A stretch of DNA of 64,000 bases from an uncultured Methanocellaceae archaeon (GCA_963792125.1 CAWBVA010000006.1:35811-99810); one strand, 5' to 3'. Positions 31,839-42,861 are shown, counted from the stretch's first letter. Program-made: numbers and translations. The notes: a model not told the origin generated them from the letters alone.

Positions 31839-32054
31839 TTAGTGAATGAACATCTTCAGAAACGGTACCATGATGAGGTAGATGACGAACCCTATGATGC
31901 CGATCAGCAGGATGCCTGCGCCGGCGACCTTGGAGATAGTAAGAAACTCCTCATTGCTCGGCTTGCGTGTCAGCTTTAAGATCCGTACGTACTGTCTGAA
32001 GCTGTTGGCTATGCCATCTATCGATAATCCTCTTGCGTTTGCCTTCTCTGCCAC
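31839..32054 (-). CDS. secE: Protein translocase SecE/Sec61-gamma
   Basis: YVRILKLTRKPSNEEF..AGAGILLIGIIGF. Confidence 0.95.
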   Translation of the reverse strand: MAEKANARGLSIDGIANSFRQYVRILKLTRKPSNEEFLTISKVAGAGILLIGIIGFVIYLIMVPFLKMFIH

Positions 32055-32140
32055 TGTGAATCTCCGTCCTTTAAATGAATATAAAGAAAAGACGCTTCAG
32101 TTAAGCATGTTCATGCTCATAAAGTTTTCGGGCACAGAAC

Positions 32141-33322
32141 TCACGAAATGAAGTCTATGCCGAACTTCTGCGTCTTTGCCTGCCTGTGCTCCTGTGGCAC
32201 AGGTTCTTCCTTCCCTAATATCTGCGGCGACGATACGCCTGTGATGATCACCATCGTCCGGATGGTGTCTTCCAGGTCCGAGTCGATGTGCGCGCCCCAG
32301 ATCAGCCTCGCGTCCGGGTCTATGGTGTTGTAGACATGCTCGACCACGCTCTCGGCCTCGCTGATGCTCATGTCGCTGCCGCCGGTCACGTTGACGATGG
32401 CCGCCTTCGCGCCATTGATGTTCACGTCGAGCAGCGGGCTTTCCAGCGCCGCCTTGACCGACTCTAAGGCACGGCCTTCGCCCTTGCCCTCGCCGAGCCC
32501 GATCATCGCCACGCCGCCGTTGGACATGACGGTGCGGATGTCCGCGAAGTCGAGGTTGACCAGCCCGGGCTTGGTGACCAGCTCAGTGATGCCTTTTACC
32601 GCGTGGGCCAGCACCTCGTCCGAGACCTTGAACGCTTTCTGCAGCGGCAGGTCCGGGACGACTTCGAGCAGCTTGTCGTTCGGGACGACGATGACCGTGT
32701 CCGACGACTCCCGGAGCTTCGCCAGGCCCCATTCCGCGTTCCGCTTCCGCACGGCGCCCTCTACCTTGAACGGTGTGGTGACGACCGCGATGGTCAGCGC
32801 GCCCTTCTCTTTCGCCGTCTGCGCCACGACCGGGGCCGAGCCTGTGCCCGTGCCGCCGCCGAGGCCGCATGTGATGAATACCATGTCGGCGGTGCTCAGC
32901 GCCGCCTTGATCTCGTTGAGGCTCTCCTTCGCCGCACCCTCGCCCATCTCTGGCAGGCTGCCTGCGCCGAAGCCTTTCGTCAGCTTTTTGCCTATAAGGA
33001 ATTTCTTGTCGGCCTTGGTATGCAGCAGGTGCTGCGCGTCCGTGTTCATCGCGTACAGCCGGGCGCCCGTGATGCCTTCGAGCGCCATGCGCCCGACGGT
33101 GTTGGAGCCGCCTCCGCCGCATCCGACGACGAGCACATTGGTCTTCAGCTCCTGCATGACCCGCATGATGTCTTCGTCGGTGTCGCCTACGTCGGCCGGC
33201 TCTGCGGCCGGTCCCTCGGCATCGATGATACTGGCTTTTACCTCTTCGCTGTCGATGATCTCGCCTTTTTTATCGAGAATTTTTGCCGTTTTAGCAGTAG
33301 TGTTAAATATACCGGGTTCCAT
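32141..33322 (-). CDS. ftsZ: Cell division protein FtsZ (FtsZ1-type)
   Basis: [24 protein letters not shown], tail FGIDFI; conserved ftsZ-secE-spt5-rpl11 order; probable own start at MEPGIF. Confidence 0.95.
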   Translation of the reverse strand: MEPGIFNTTAKTAKILDKKGEIIDSEEVKASIIDAEGPAAEPADVGDTDEDIMRVMQELKTNVLVVGCGGGGSNTVGRMALEGITGARLYAMNTDAQHLLHTKADKKFLIGKKLTKGFGAGSLPEMGEGAAKESLNEIKAALSTADMVFITCGLGGGTGTGSAPVVAQTAKEKGALTIAVVTTPFKVEGAVRKRNAEWGLAKLRESSDTVIVVPNDKLLEVVPDLPLQKAFKVSDEVLAHAVKGITELVTKPGLVNLDFADIRTVMSNGGVAMIGLGEGKGEGRALESVKAALESPLLDVNINGAKAAIVNVTGGSDMSISEAESVVEHVYNTIDPDARLIWGAHIDSDLEDTIRTMVIITGVSSPQILGKEEPVPQEHRQAKTQKFGIDFIS

Positions 33323-33349
33323 TGGCCCATCCCCTTTACCACTATTGTA

Positions 33350-34729
33350 GCAATAGTTATTTAATTTTATTCGTGTGGTGGATTCGGAAAAAACCATTCT
33401 GGACGTGATTTCCGCGCCCTTTATGAGGACGGTCTCGCCGCGTGCCAGCCGCCCGAACTCAGGGCCCTCGGCAACGCCCAGCGATTTAGCCTTCTGCGGG
33501 TCGAACCGGCGCTCGATCACATACAGCATCTCTTCCCGCGGGTCGTATTTGACCTCGGCCTTTTTACGCACTATCTCGATGAGGCCGTGTGTAAGCCGCT
33601 GGAAGACATCGTGCAGCGCCTTTGCGTCCAGGCCTGCAAACTGTGGCGCCGGACAGCCTGAGACGTCCAGGAAATAGATGACCGGCTCTTCGCAGAACAG
33701 GCTCACTGCTGCCGCCCGGTCGGCCTTGCACGCCATGCCCAGCAGCTTCTCGTCGACCTCCGCCACTGTCCCGAAGGGGCAGGCGTTGCAGCGGTGCGGC
33801 CCGCACTCCGGCAGTAATGAACGGAAACTCTTAGTGACCTGCGGCCGGGAAAGCCCTCTGGCGGCCATCAGGTCCCAGAGCCGCTGGCACTTCAGCACCG
33901 GGTTGAGCGCCACATCCCTGATGTAAGACTCAGTATGGGTCTCGCAGCCCAGCGATGCCAGCATATCATCTACTCGCTTCCGCTGATCGACCGGGATGGA
34001 CTTCCGGTCGACGTAGGCCAGCTTCGTGCCCGAACGCTCGAAGGCCATCCGGAGAAGCGGCTCGTCAAGCAGCGGAACGGCATGGTCAGCTATGATGTGC
34101 CCGAAGGCCGCGTTCACGTCGAAGGACAGCGCAGTCTCCCGTGGCGCATAGTGGTTGCCGCCTATGCCGACGTAGATTTCGGCGTCCGGGTCTTCCCGCA
34201 CCTTCAGGATGGCCTTCGCGACCAGCTCGCCGGCAGCCCTGTCACGCCATTCGACCTCAGTGCTGCCGATCTCGACGTATACTGAAGGCGTCAGGATGTC
34301 CGACGGCCCGTGATGCGTCGCTTCGTAAGATACGGTATAAGATGTCACCGACGCTTTCATACCCTTTAGCAGTGACAGCGCGATCCGCGGTGCAGCGGTC
34401 GCCAGCTCCTTCGGGCGGCCGCCGAACTTGCCCTCCCCGAAGTTGCCTGTGTGGTGCACCGTCAGCGTCTTCCGGCCGTCCTTGCTCCGGTGCTTCGACG
34501 CGAAAATGAGCTTCTCCGGCTTATGCCCTGCCGCCTCCAGCGCCCGGTCGATGCCGTCCTGGAAGACGTGATAGTCGTCGATCTCGGCCAGCTCGAAGTC
34601 ACCGTGCCGCCAGATGCGGAACTTCCCCTCGCCCTGCACCTTCTCCCAGAAGGCCAGCCGGAACAGGCAGTCCCGGATGTTGACGCTGGCGAAGTCCATG
34701 GTCGAGACGATAACGGTAAAGCGCGCCAT
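33350..34729 (-). CDS. dtdA: D-aminoacyl-tRNA deacylase (archaeal DTD2) with C-terminal RNase Z-exosite-like extension; in frame with ftsZ1 in this assembly
   Basis: [41 protein letters not shown]; C-terminal [24 protein letters not shown]. Confidence 0.9.
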
Positions 34730-35106
34730 TTGTACGTTAATTGGACCGGGTATTATAAATTCTATATGGTCTGCTATTTACGGGTAAATCTCGAATATAT
34801 TGGCCATATTAACTAAATGCAATACCATTACTGCTCTACCTCATCTGAAGTCAATCATGAAATGCATCTCTTTAAAAAACGGAGAAAAACCAGGAAAGCT
34901 GATACAATTCCTCTACTAGTGCTGGCAGCAGTGCTGGCAGCCACCGAAATAACACAAAATATAAACAATGAATAGCCTGCCAATCACCCCGATTTCCATT
35001 GCTGAGCTATCATATTCTAAAAGGCATTGAGTAGCTGGTTCGTCGTTATATCAATCGCTGTGCTTGCTTTGAAAAATCATGACTATCAGCCAGTACTATC
35101 CATTTA

Positions 35107-35717
35107 AATCGCGGTGCGACGCCCATGCTGGCTTCGCTGCATGGGCTACTCCGGGTTTTTCAGGTGCTCCGCCGTCCGGGCCGCGCTCGCACCCTCGCGA
35201 CAGGACACGGCTGGCCTGCGCTTCGCTCGGCTGCGCCAGCTTCACATCGCTTCGCAAGCGCTAAGCAACGCTGCGCCTGCGGGCTCGCGTTCATTGCCCG
35301 GCCGCCTCCGCACCCCTCGCACAGCTACGCGTGCGAGGGGCCTGCGGCCAGAAAAACGCTCCGCGGACCGCAAAGCAGCAAAGACAACGCATACCAGGAC
35401 TAGTATTGGATCGATGCCAGTGCTATTATGGTATGGGTAGTGTTTACTATCGGTAAGGGTAGCATTGCTTCTCCGCGGAAGGCGGAGGGTTCCCTCGGCT
35501 TGCCCCAGCACGCGTAGCTGTGCGAGGGGTGCGGAGGTGGCGGGTGTGAAAAACGCTGCCCAGCGAGGCGCGTTTTTCAGGGCTTGCAAAGGAGACTCTT
35601 CGAGCCATAGCGAGAAGTGTCGACGAAGGTGCGAGCCCGACTCCCGACACCGGAGCACCGTAAAAACCCGGAGTAGCACATGCAGCGATCAGCGCGCATG
35701 GGCGTCGCACCGCGATT
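35107..35717. repeat. Large imperfect palindrome: two inverted hairpin-rich ~290 bp units
   Basis: Perfect complementary blocks 35107-35128/35696-35717 (22 bp), 35145-35160/35662-35677 (16 bp) and 35305-35334/35508-35537 (30 bp). Confidence 0.95.
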
Positions 35718-35861
35718 AGTAAGGAGAGTATCTGATATAGGTCAGCATGCGTTCTTACAAGAAACAAACAGGGGCTCCAGACCATGAAGAATAAAAGATG
35801 TTAGTGTAAACGTTTTCCCAGAATAATTAATACGCTATGAGACTAATTTTTACTAGTTACT

Positions 35862-36554
35862 ATGGCAGTTACTGAGAAGGCCCCGGGAAAAGCCACTGAT
35901 AAGACAAAAGCGGTCAGGCTCATCATGTACCTCGCGACGCAGACAGATTACGTCTCGGTCCACGACATCCACAAGGACCCGCTGTCCGGCTTCACCGACC
36001 ACGAGGAGATCAAGACGGCGCTGCGGGCGGCATGCGACGTGATCGACGTGGACTCGCAGCAGGGGACGGTTTCCCTGTACAGGCTGCCACGGACGCTTGA
36101 GGGGTACCGGGACGTGTTCGCGTTCGTCCGGGACTCGGAGGACGTGTACAACTTCCTGCTGTCCAACTACTCCCACGCGATGGTGAACGATCTGTTCATC
36201 CGGGACGCGCTGGTCCGCTGGGGGCAGACGCCTTACTACGAGAGCATCGCCGCGCAATACCCCGCGGGGCAGATGAAGCCCGGGGAAGCCCTGGTCACGA
36301 TGCTGGCCCAGCAGCCGGGGTTCGCCGCGCTGGCGGCCATGTCCAGCGTCTCGCCGGCGGTCGCCGAGAAGATCCTGTTCCCGGAAAAGCTGTCCAGGTA
36401 CGAGCTCACCCACCCGAAGATCGCGCTCGACCTGACCTTCACGGCCGACATGGTCAAGAGAGCGCCGCCAGGCACGGTGCTGTCAGTCAAGTATGAGGTC
36501 ATCGCGCAGGGCATGATCAACATGGAAATGCGCGGCGGCACTGGCATCCCTTAA
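35862..36554 (+). CDS. Hypothetical protein, possible N-terminal winged helix
   Basis: 230-aa ORF with strong GC3 bias; helix-helix-wing-like pattern ending VSLYRL, then FLLSNY. Confidence 0.75.
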   Translation: MAVTEKAPGKATDKTKAVRLIMYLATQTDYVSVHDIHKDPLSGFTDHEEIKTALRAACDVIDVDSQQGTVSLYRLPRTLEGYRDVFAFVRDSEDVYNFLLSNYSHAMVNDLFIRDALVRWGQTPYYESIAAQYPAGQMKPGEALVTMLAQQPGFAALAAMSSVSPAVAEKILFPEKLSRYELTHPKIALDLTFTADMVKRAPPGTVLSVKYEVIAQGMINMEMRGGTGIP

Positions 36555-36729
36555 CTGATGACAATTATAGTCATTCCTGTAACTTTTTGTACAGGCTGAG
36601 AAGGCATCAGACACAAATGACTATAATCAGGCGAGATGCTCCGGGCTGGTCACGTGCGCGCGCGAGCGGCCGCCAGTTGAAGCAACCCAGACCATTACGA
36701 GATAGACTAAAACAAAAGAAAAAATGTTC

Positions 36730-37398
36730 TTATTTCTTAAAGTACAGCGAGAATCCCGTCTCGTCCCGGGTTGCCTTGTAGTCCGTGATCCCTGCACGCC
36801 TGAGGCATTCGAGGATGGCGCCATCATCCATCTTTTTCCATGGCGGGCGATTCGTCCTGCCCTTCGCGATATCACGCTGTCGCATCTGCTCTCCAATCTT
36901 TTCTTTCAAAGGTGTCGGTCCCAGGCCGATGCCTAAATAGGCCCTGCCCCGGGTTTCAGGACTCGCAGAATTTCCGTGAAAGCTGCCCCGAAGTCTCCCC
37001 AGGCAAACATGGAGCCCCGGCTGACGCACAGGTCGACAAAATTATCAGGCAACGGCATATGCTTTGACATCGCCTACCAGGGGTGTGACCCGCCCGACCA
37101 TCCCGGCGTTCTCCACGTTGCGCCAGGCGATCGGGTAAATCTGTACGGCAATATCGACTGCATATACCTTCATTCGGGTATGGCGCGCCATCTCGATAGC
37201 GAGGTATGCGGGACCGCTCCCGGCCTCGATACATATCTCGCCCTCGTCGCCGCAGACTTCGATGGTTTTAGCGGCGATTGGCGGGTAGATCGGGGCGAAG
37301 ATGGTCCGGGCCACCTCGTCATAATCGAGCGCCCCGGCTTCGTCGAACTCTCCGAAACCACCGGCATCCGGTTTGTCAGTAATAGTGAGCATCTCCAT
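36730..37398 (-). CDS. Class I SAM-dependent methyltransferase, frameshifted near 37000-37060
   Basis: YDEVARTIFAPIYP, CIEAGSGPA, YAVDI; the distal fragment has GRAYLGIGLG. Confidence 0.75.
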
Positions 37399-37671
37399 AC
37401 CTGTTTCACAGGTGCAAGCAATGTATGTAACTATAGTTAATAAAGTTTAACATTTGCAGATACAGCCACTGAGACACTACAGGAATTACATTGTTATTTA
37501 ATACTGGCAGGCCCGGGAGGCTGCATACTGTACAAGGACGAGTATGGCGTGAATTTCATTATGGAGCAACAAATAAACATGCCTTGATTGTCAATCGTCA
37601 GCATTAAATATGTAACTGGTATAACTGTAATTACAAAAATATAGTAACTATAATCAGTTACGGTGGTATTT

Positions 37672-38840
37672 ATGAAAAGGGGTCTTTTTATCGTAATGGT
37701 AGCAATATGTCTGGTATCGTTGTTAGCTGCAGGCTGTACCCAGCCCACGCAAGGCGGGAACGAAACGGCCACGCCCACGGCTGCGCCGGCATCGGGGCCG
37801 CGGACGATCACTGATCTTAACGGCAACATGGTGACACTGCCCGAAAATATCGACAGTGTAGCCGTTCTCACGTCTCCGCCGGTGCAGATTATGTACGTCC
37901 TCGGAGCACAGGATAAGCTTTCAGTAGTCACACAGCAAACGCAAAAGGCGCGTCATGCTGCTAGAAGATAGACCACGAGGGTAAAAGATATGCCCGCGCC
38001 CCAGGGCAGGTGAAGTAAATCTTAGAGGAACTGCTCAAGGGCAACCCCGACATTTGCATGGGCGGCTCGACAGACATGGCCGGCATCCGCAAGAACACAA
38101 ACCTTACGGCTATCGACGTGATCTCGAACAATGACAGCTCGACCACGAAGTCCATCGAGAAACAGGTACTGTTCATGGGCAGTATCCTCGGCAAGGAAGA
38201 CCGGGCAAACAAGTATGTGAACTACACCGAGGGCAAGCTCGACCTGCTCAAGCAAAAGACTTCGCAGATCCCCGAGAGCCAGCGCCTGAAGGTATTCCTG
38301 GGGCTCACGGTAAACAAACTGAACACCTACGGCGGCCTGTCATATATGCAGGAAAGGATCGAGTCGGCAGGACTTATCAACTCCGCGAAGGACCTGGCCC
38401 CGCTGACGGGACAATACAGCAGCGGCTACCAGGAGGTCTCCCTTGAGACGGTGAACCTGTGGAACCCTGACATTATCATCATCGACGACGGCATGCCCGA
38501 CGACCTGTACAATAACCCGCAGTGGGCCAACATCAATGCGGTGAAGAACCACCGGGTGTACCGGATGCCGACGGGCATCTTCATCTGGAGCAGGCCGACC
38601 GCCGAGTCAGCCGTGCTGCTCCCCGAGTGGCTGGCGATTACCGCCTACCCGGACCAGTTCGCCGACATAAACATGACTAATGAGGTCAGGAATTTCTACG
38701 CAGAAATATTCAGGTATAACCTCACCGACCAGGACATCAGCGACATCCTGAACCCGAAGGGTAACTATATGCAGGGCGGAACGGGTACCGGCACAGGCAG
38801 CGGCACCGGCACGGGTACGGGCAACAGCACATCGAAATAG
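37672..38840 (+). CDS. ABC transporter substrate-binding lipoprotein (Fe-siderophore/cobalamin type), frameshifted near 37940-38060
   Basis: Lipobox LAAGC; RTITDLNG; VSLETVNLWNPDIII; INAVKNHRVY; AYPDQF. Confidence 0.85.
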
Positions 38841-38861
38841 GCAGCCGGAGGGGATGGACGA

Positions 38862-39725
38862 TTGACGACGGGCACGCTTAAAACCGCATGTTCGCTCCTC
38901 GGGCGCCGTTACCGGGAAGAGGACCTTCAGCCGGGCACGGTCCGGCTGATCGGCCTGAAACAGGCCTGGAACGCCATCGTGGGCACCGGGGGCCAGTGTG
39001 GCATAGCCATGAATTTTACAGGCGCGCATGCGGTGTACGGGGAGAAGGCAGCCCGTCTGCCGATCGAGGAAGTACAGTCCTGGGTAGGGCAGAGCCTGAT
39101 GGACATGGCCCTGAAGTACGCCGGCTCGCCGGATTTTCCCCGGCGTTCACTGGCACTTGCAGCTATGAACGCCCTCTCGCAGCCATTTATCCAGGAGAAG
39201 CGACTGGTAGACGAAGGGTACCGGGTGGACTTCGAGCTGGACAGGATTATCGGTAAGGACGACGTCGTGGCCGTGGTAGGCTACGGAGGCATGGTGCCGC
39301 GGATGGCGGGCCGTTGCCGGGAACTCCATGTGACAGATATTCGTCCCAGGGAATCGTTCCAGACTACTGTAGTCGGCCAGACTATCAGCTATGAGCCTCA
39401 CGACATCTATGTACATGGGGCAGACGAGAACGAGCGCGTCCTTTCCCGGGCTGACGTGGTGCTTATCACTGCGTCAACGCTGGTCAACGAGACTTTCGGC
39501 GAGGTCGTCGGCTACTGCAGGAATTGCCGGGCGGTCGGCCTCTATGGCCCCAGTGGCATGCTGTTGCCGGAGACACTGTTCCGCGAGGGTATCGATTTCG
39601 TGCAGTCGGTACGGATTTCCGACCCCGGGCAGTTCGAGCGGGACGTCATCAACGATCCCGAAATGGAGAAGGCGCTTAAGGTCAACCAGTGCAGGTACAC
39701 AGCATATAAGCCGCGGCAGGGCTGA
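38862..39725 (+). CDS. DUF364 / Rossmann-like putative metal-chelation protein
   Basis: LAAMNALS, VAVVGY, ADVVLITASTLVNETF, GLYGPS. Confidence 0.8.
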   Translation: MTTGTLKTACSLLGRRYREEDLQPGTVRLIGLKQAWNAIVGTGGQCGIAMNFTGAHAVYGEKAARLPIEEVQSWVGQSLMDMALKYAGSPDFPRRSLALAAMNALSQPFIQEKRLVDEGYRVDFELDRIIGKDDVVAVVGYGGMVPRMAGRCRELHVTDIRPRESFQTTVVGQTISYEPHDIYVHGADENERVLSRADVVLITASTLVNETFGEVVGYCRNCRAVGLYGPSGMLLPETLFREGIDFVQSVRISDPGQFERDVINDPEMEKALKVNQCRYTAYKPRQG

Positions 39726-39728
39726 CTG

Positions 39729-40745
39729 ATGAAAAACGTGCTGAAAAGTATCTCGATCGACGTAGCGCTATGTCTGCTGCTGTTTGTCATTTTTATCATA
39801 TCGTTGTTCAAGGGACGGTATGACATCGACCCGGTTACGGTCATAAAAATTTTACTGTCTCCGGTCATCCCGATTGAGCATACATGGCCGGCCGCAATGG
39901 ACACAGTCGTATGGAACATCAGGCTTCCCCGGACCCTCGCGGTCATCCTGGTCGGGGCCGGGCTGTCCCTTTCGGGAGTGGCATTCCAGGGCACGTTCCG
40001 CAATCCCCTGGTATCGGAGCACATTCTCGGCGTATCGACCGGCGCGGGGTTCGGCGCGTCACTGGCCATCCTCCTCTTCCCTGCAGTTTTTATGATACAG
40101 ATATTCGCATTCGTCTTCGGTGTCGCTGCAGTAAGCTTTACCTTCCTGATCAGCAGGATTTACAAGAGGGACATTACGCTGGTCCTGGTTCTTGGAGGCA
40201 TCATAGTAGGCGCATTATTTTCTGCATTCACGTCGCTGATTAAATACCTGGCCGATCCCTACGACAGGCTCCCCACGATAGTCTTCTGGCTGATGGGGTC
40301 ATTCGCCAAAATTACTATGACTGAGGTATACTACGTCGCACCTGTCATCCTGGTATGCACGGCAATCATACTGCTCGTCCGGTGGAAGCTGAACGTGCTC
40401 TCCCTGGGCGAGGACGAGGCAAAATCGCTCGGGCTCAATACCAGGGTTTATGTGAGCATCATAGTACTCTGCGCTACGCTGATCACGGCCGCGTCGGTCT
40501 GCATCAGTGGCATTATCGGCTGGGTCGGTCTCGTCATCCCCCACATCGGCCGCATGATCGTGGGGCCGGACCATGCCCGGCTGCTCCCGGTCACCATCCT
40601 GATCGGGGCATCCTACCTGCTAGCCGTGGACGTAATAGCGAGGAACCTGACCATGTACGAAATCCCCATAGGCATTATCACGTCGATCGTCGGCGCGCCG
40701 TTCTTTATATATCTGCTCGGCAAGAACCGGGCGGGGTGGTCGTAA
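39729..40745 (+). CDS. FecCD/BtuC-family ABC permease
   Basis: IRLPR, FRNPLVS..ILGVS.GA, FWLMGS, GIIGWVGLVIPH, EIPIGI. Confidence 0.93.
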   Translation: MKNVLKSISIDVALCLLLFVIFIISLFKGRYDIDPVTVIKILLSPVIPIEHTWPAAMDTVVWNIRLPRTLAVILVGAGLSLSGVAFQGTFRNPLVSEHILGVSTGAGFGASLAILLFPAVFMIQIFAFVFGVAAVSFTFLISRIYKRDITLVLVLGGIIVGALFSAFTSLIKYLADPYDRLPTIVFWLMGSFAKITMTEVYYVAPVILVCTAIILLVRWKLNVLSLGEDEAKSLGLNTRVYVSIIVLCATLITAASVCISGIIGWVGLVIPHIGRMIVGPDHARLLPVTILIGASYLLAVDVIARNLTMYEIPIGIITSIVGAPFFIYLLGKNRAGWS

Positions 40746-41530
40746 TGCCTGCGCGGCTCGAGATCCGGGACGTCGCTTACTCATACACAGGAAAAAAGGA
40801 CGTGTTCACAGGCATATCGTTCGATGTGGACAGGGGAGACGTCTTTTGCGTCCTGGGGCCGAACGGCTCGGGCAAGTCGACGCTGCTCCGGTGCCTCTGC
40901 AACATACTGAAGACGAGCAGGGGGACGATATGCATCGACGGCAACCCCCTATCGGCCATGAGCTACAAGGACATCGCCAGGCGCGTGGGATATATACCGC
41001 AGATGCATCACCCGACGTTCCCGTACAAGGTAAAGGAAGTCGTGCTGATGGGACGTTCCCCGCACATGGGCATGACACAGACGCCCGGGAGGAGAGACCA
41101 CGAAATTGCCATGGAAGCCCTTGAATCCCTGCACATTGAAAACCTTGCCGAGAGGCCATATACCGAGATCAGCGGCGGCGAGATGCAGCTGGTCATGCTG
41201 GCCAGGGTCCTGGCGCAGCAGCCGGATGTGCTCCTGATGGACGAGCCGACCTCGCATCTGGATGTCGGCAACCAGATACGCATCATCAGGACAGTCATCG
41301 ATCTGTCCCGCAAGGGTATGTCGGTGGTGATGACATCACACTTCCCTGACCATGCCCTGCTTTCGCACTTCAAGGTCGGCATCATGAAAGAGGGACGCCT
41401 GACTGACATCGGCCCCGCGGACCAGGTCATCTCCGAAGAGAGTATGAAAAGGACATATGGCGCCGACATCAGGATCGTATACGTGGGCGGCGACGTCGGC
41501 CGGAAAGTATGCGTCCCGGTAATCATATGA
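40745..41530 (+). CDS. ABC transporter ATP-binding protein (FecE/BtuD-like)
   Basis: GPNGSGKST, ISGGE, MDEPTSHLD; ATG overlaps the permease stop. Confidence 0.94.
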   Translation: MPARLEIRDVAYSYTGKKDVFTGISFDVDRGDVFCVLGPNGSGKSTLLRCLCNILKTSRGTICIDGNPLSAMSYKDIARRVGYIPQMHHPTFPYKVKEVVLMGRSPHMGMTQTPGRRDHEIAMEALESLHIENLAERPYTEISGGEMQLVMLARVLAQQPDVLLMDEPTSHLDVGNQIRIIRTVIDLSRKGMSVVMTSHFPDHALLSHFKVGIMKEGRLTDIGPADQVISEESMKRTYGADIRIVYVGGDVGRKVCVPVII

Positions 41531-41760
41531 GTCCCATGCCGTGACTGTGACGCGCACGCGCGCGATCGGCCGGGAGAGCCATATGACAATTATCAAAGAT
41601 GGGCTTTCCCATAGCTTATTTAATTAACTAATATCGTCCTGACATCCCATGTAAGATCAGGTTCTTGTGTCAGGGGCGAAGTGATCGAATAGTAATGTTC
41701 GATCTGAATAAACAACAATAGAGCAACGCAAGCCATTTTCAGATTATTCTATGAAAAAAA

Positions 41761-42297
41761 TTATTCTTTCTTCCACTTGTCCGCAAGAGCCCGGATATCC
41801 CCGGCCCGGCCCATGGCGGCCTGTGCCTCCGCAGCCCGGTCTTCCAGCATCGCATCGCATGCGCTTTCCATTTCCTTCGCCATCTCCCGGAACCGCTTGC
41901 ACTCGTCGATGTGGGCCAGGGACTTTTTCGCATACTCGTTGCCGGAGTCTTCGACCATGGACATGACCTCCCGGAACTTTTTGGCCGCCGCGTCAGTGCT
42001 CTGGCGGGCGGCGATGAACTCCTCGCCCGCGTTCACATATGCCTCGTGGCCGTAATAGTCGAGGCCGTTCCGGATGGAGTCGACAGCGTTCTCCAGCTCT
42101 TCCAGCCCGTCGTCGTAGATGGGCCTCAGGAAGGATGCCACGAAATTACTTTCCTCGGTAGCCTGGGTAAGCGTGCCGGCCTGCTTCGCTGCGAGCTGGT
42201 CCTCGTTCATGCTGAGGAGTTTCAGGGCCGTAGCCAATGCTATGACGATCAGGAAAATGAATATGAGGACAACGGTGAGTCCGCCAAGGTCGAACAT
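41761..42297 (-). CDS. Membrane-anchored helical hypothetical protein
   Basis: N-terminal TM helix followed by an Ala/Glu-rich helical region. Confidence 0.7.
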   Translation of the reverse strand: MFDLGGLTVVLIFIFLIVIALATALKLLSMNEDQLAAKQAGTLTQATEESNFVASFLRPIYDDGLEELENAVDSIRNGLDYYGHEAYVNAGEEFIAARQSTDAAAKKFREVMSMVEDSGNEYAKKSLAHIDECKRFREMAKEMESACDAMLEDRAAEAQAAMGRAGDIRALADKWKKE

Positions 42298-42390
42298 CTT
42301 CTCGCACCTGCACGGATAAAGGGTATGATCATATAAAAGTGTTAGGATGTACTGCGGCTGTCTGGCACAGGCAGCGGCCTGCAGCCGACG

Positions 42391-42645
42391 TCATGCGACG
42401 AGAACGCCCACCGCAGCCTTCTGCTTGCTGTTCTGCTCCCGGAGCACCACGTCGATGACGCCGGGGGGCGCATTCGTCTCTACCAGGATTTTCCGCTCGA
42501 AGCTGTACCATTCGCTGTAGTCCACATGGTCGACCGCATATCCCATGCCTGAGAGGTGGTCCTTGATACCGTGCAGGTACGCGTCCTTCAGGTTCGCGAT
42601 GTCCGTGAACTCGTCATCGAGCATCAGCTCTACGATCTTAATCAT
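42391..42645 (-). CDS. Small hypothetical protein (84 aa)
   Basis: MIKIVELMLDDEF... after a GGAG; good codon bias. Confidence 0.6.
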   Translation of the reverse strand: MIKIVELMLDDEFTDIANLKDAYLHGIKDHLSGMGYAVDHVDYSEWYSFERKILVETNAPPGVIDVVLREQNSKQKAAVGVLVA

Positions 42646-42861
42646 GTTCCGGCTCCATTGTCTCATAATCATATAAGTACTAGTATGCAACCTGTTTTTT
42701 TCGCGGGTTTTGCGGTGGATGGCCGCGGCAATAACGCCATGGACATCAAGCCGTTCGCGGAACAGGCAAATTCCGGCCGGTGCAGACCGCTGTGGTGCAA
42801 AAAATATATCTGTATGCGTGATCAACGTTTGAACAGTCAATCATCAGGGGATTGTGCATTT

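Noticed and set aside
32141-34729. 862-aa DTD2-FtsZ1 fusion ORF
   Set aside because: The junction is AT-rich and intergenic-like ([15 protein letters not shown]), has a TAA one base out of frame and a purine-rich RBS-like stretch before MEPGIF. With the high indel rate, a lost stop codon is the simpler explanation; reads should be checked.
35079-35785. Short ORFs inside the palindrome that share peptides (TPGF, RTPRTATRA)
   Set aside because: The similarity comes from the DNA inverted repeat; there is no codon bias or RBS.
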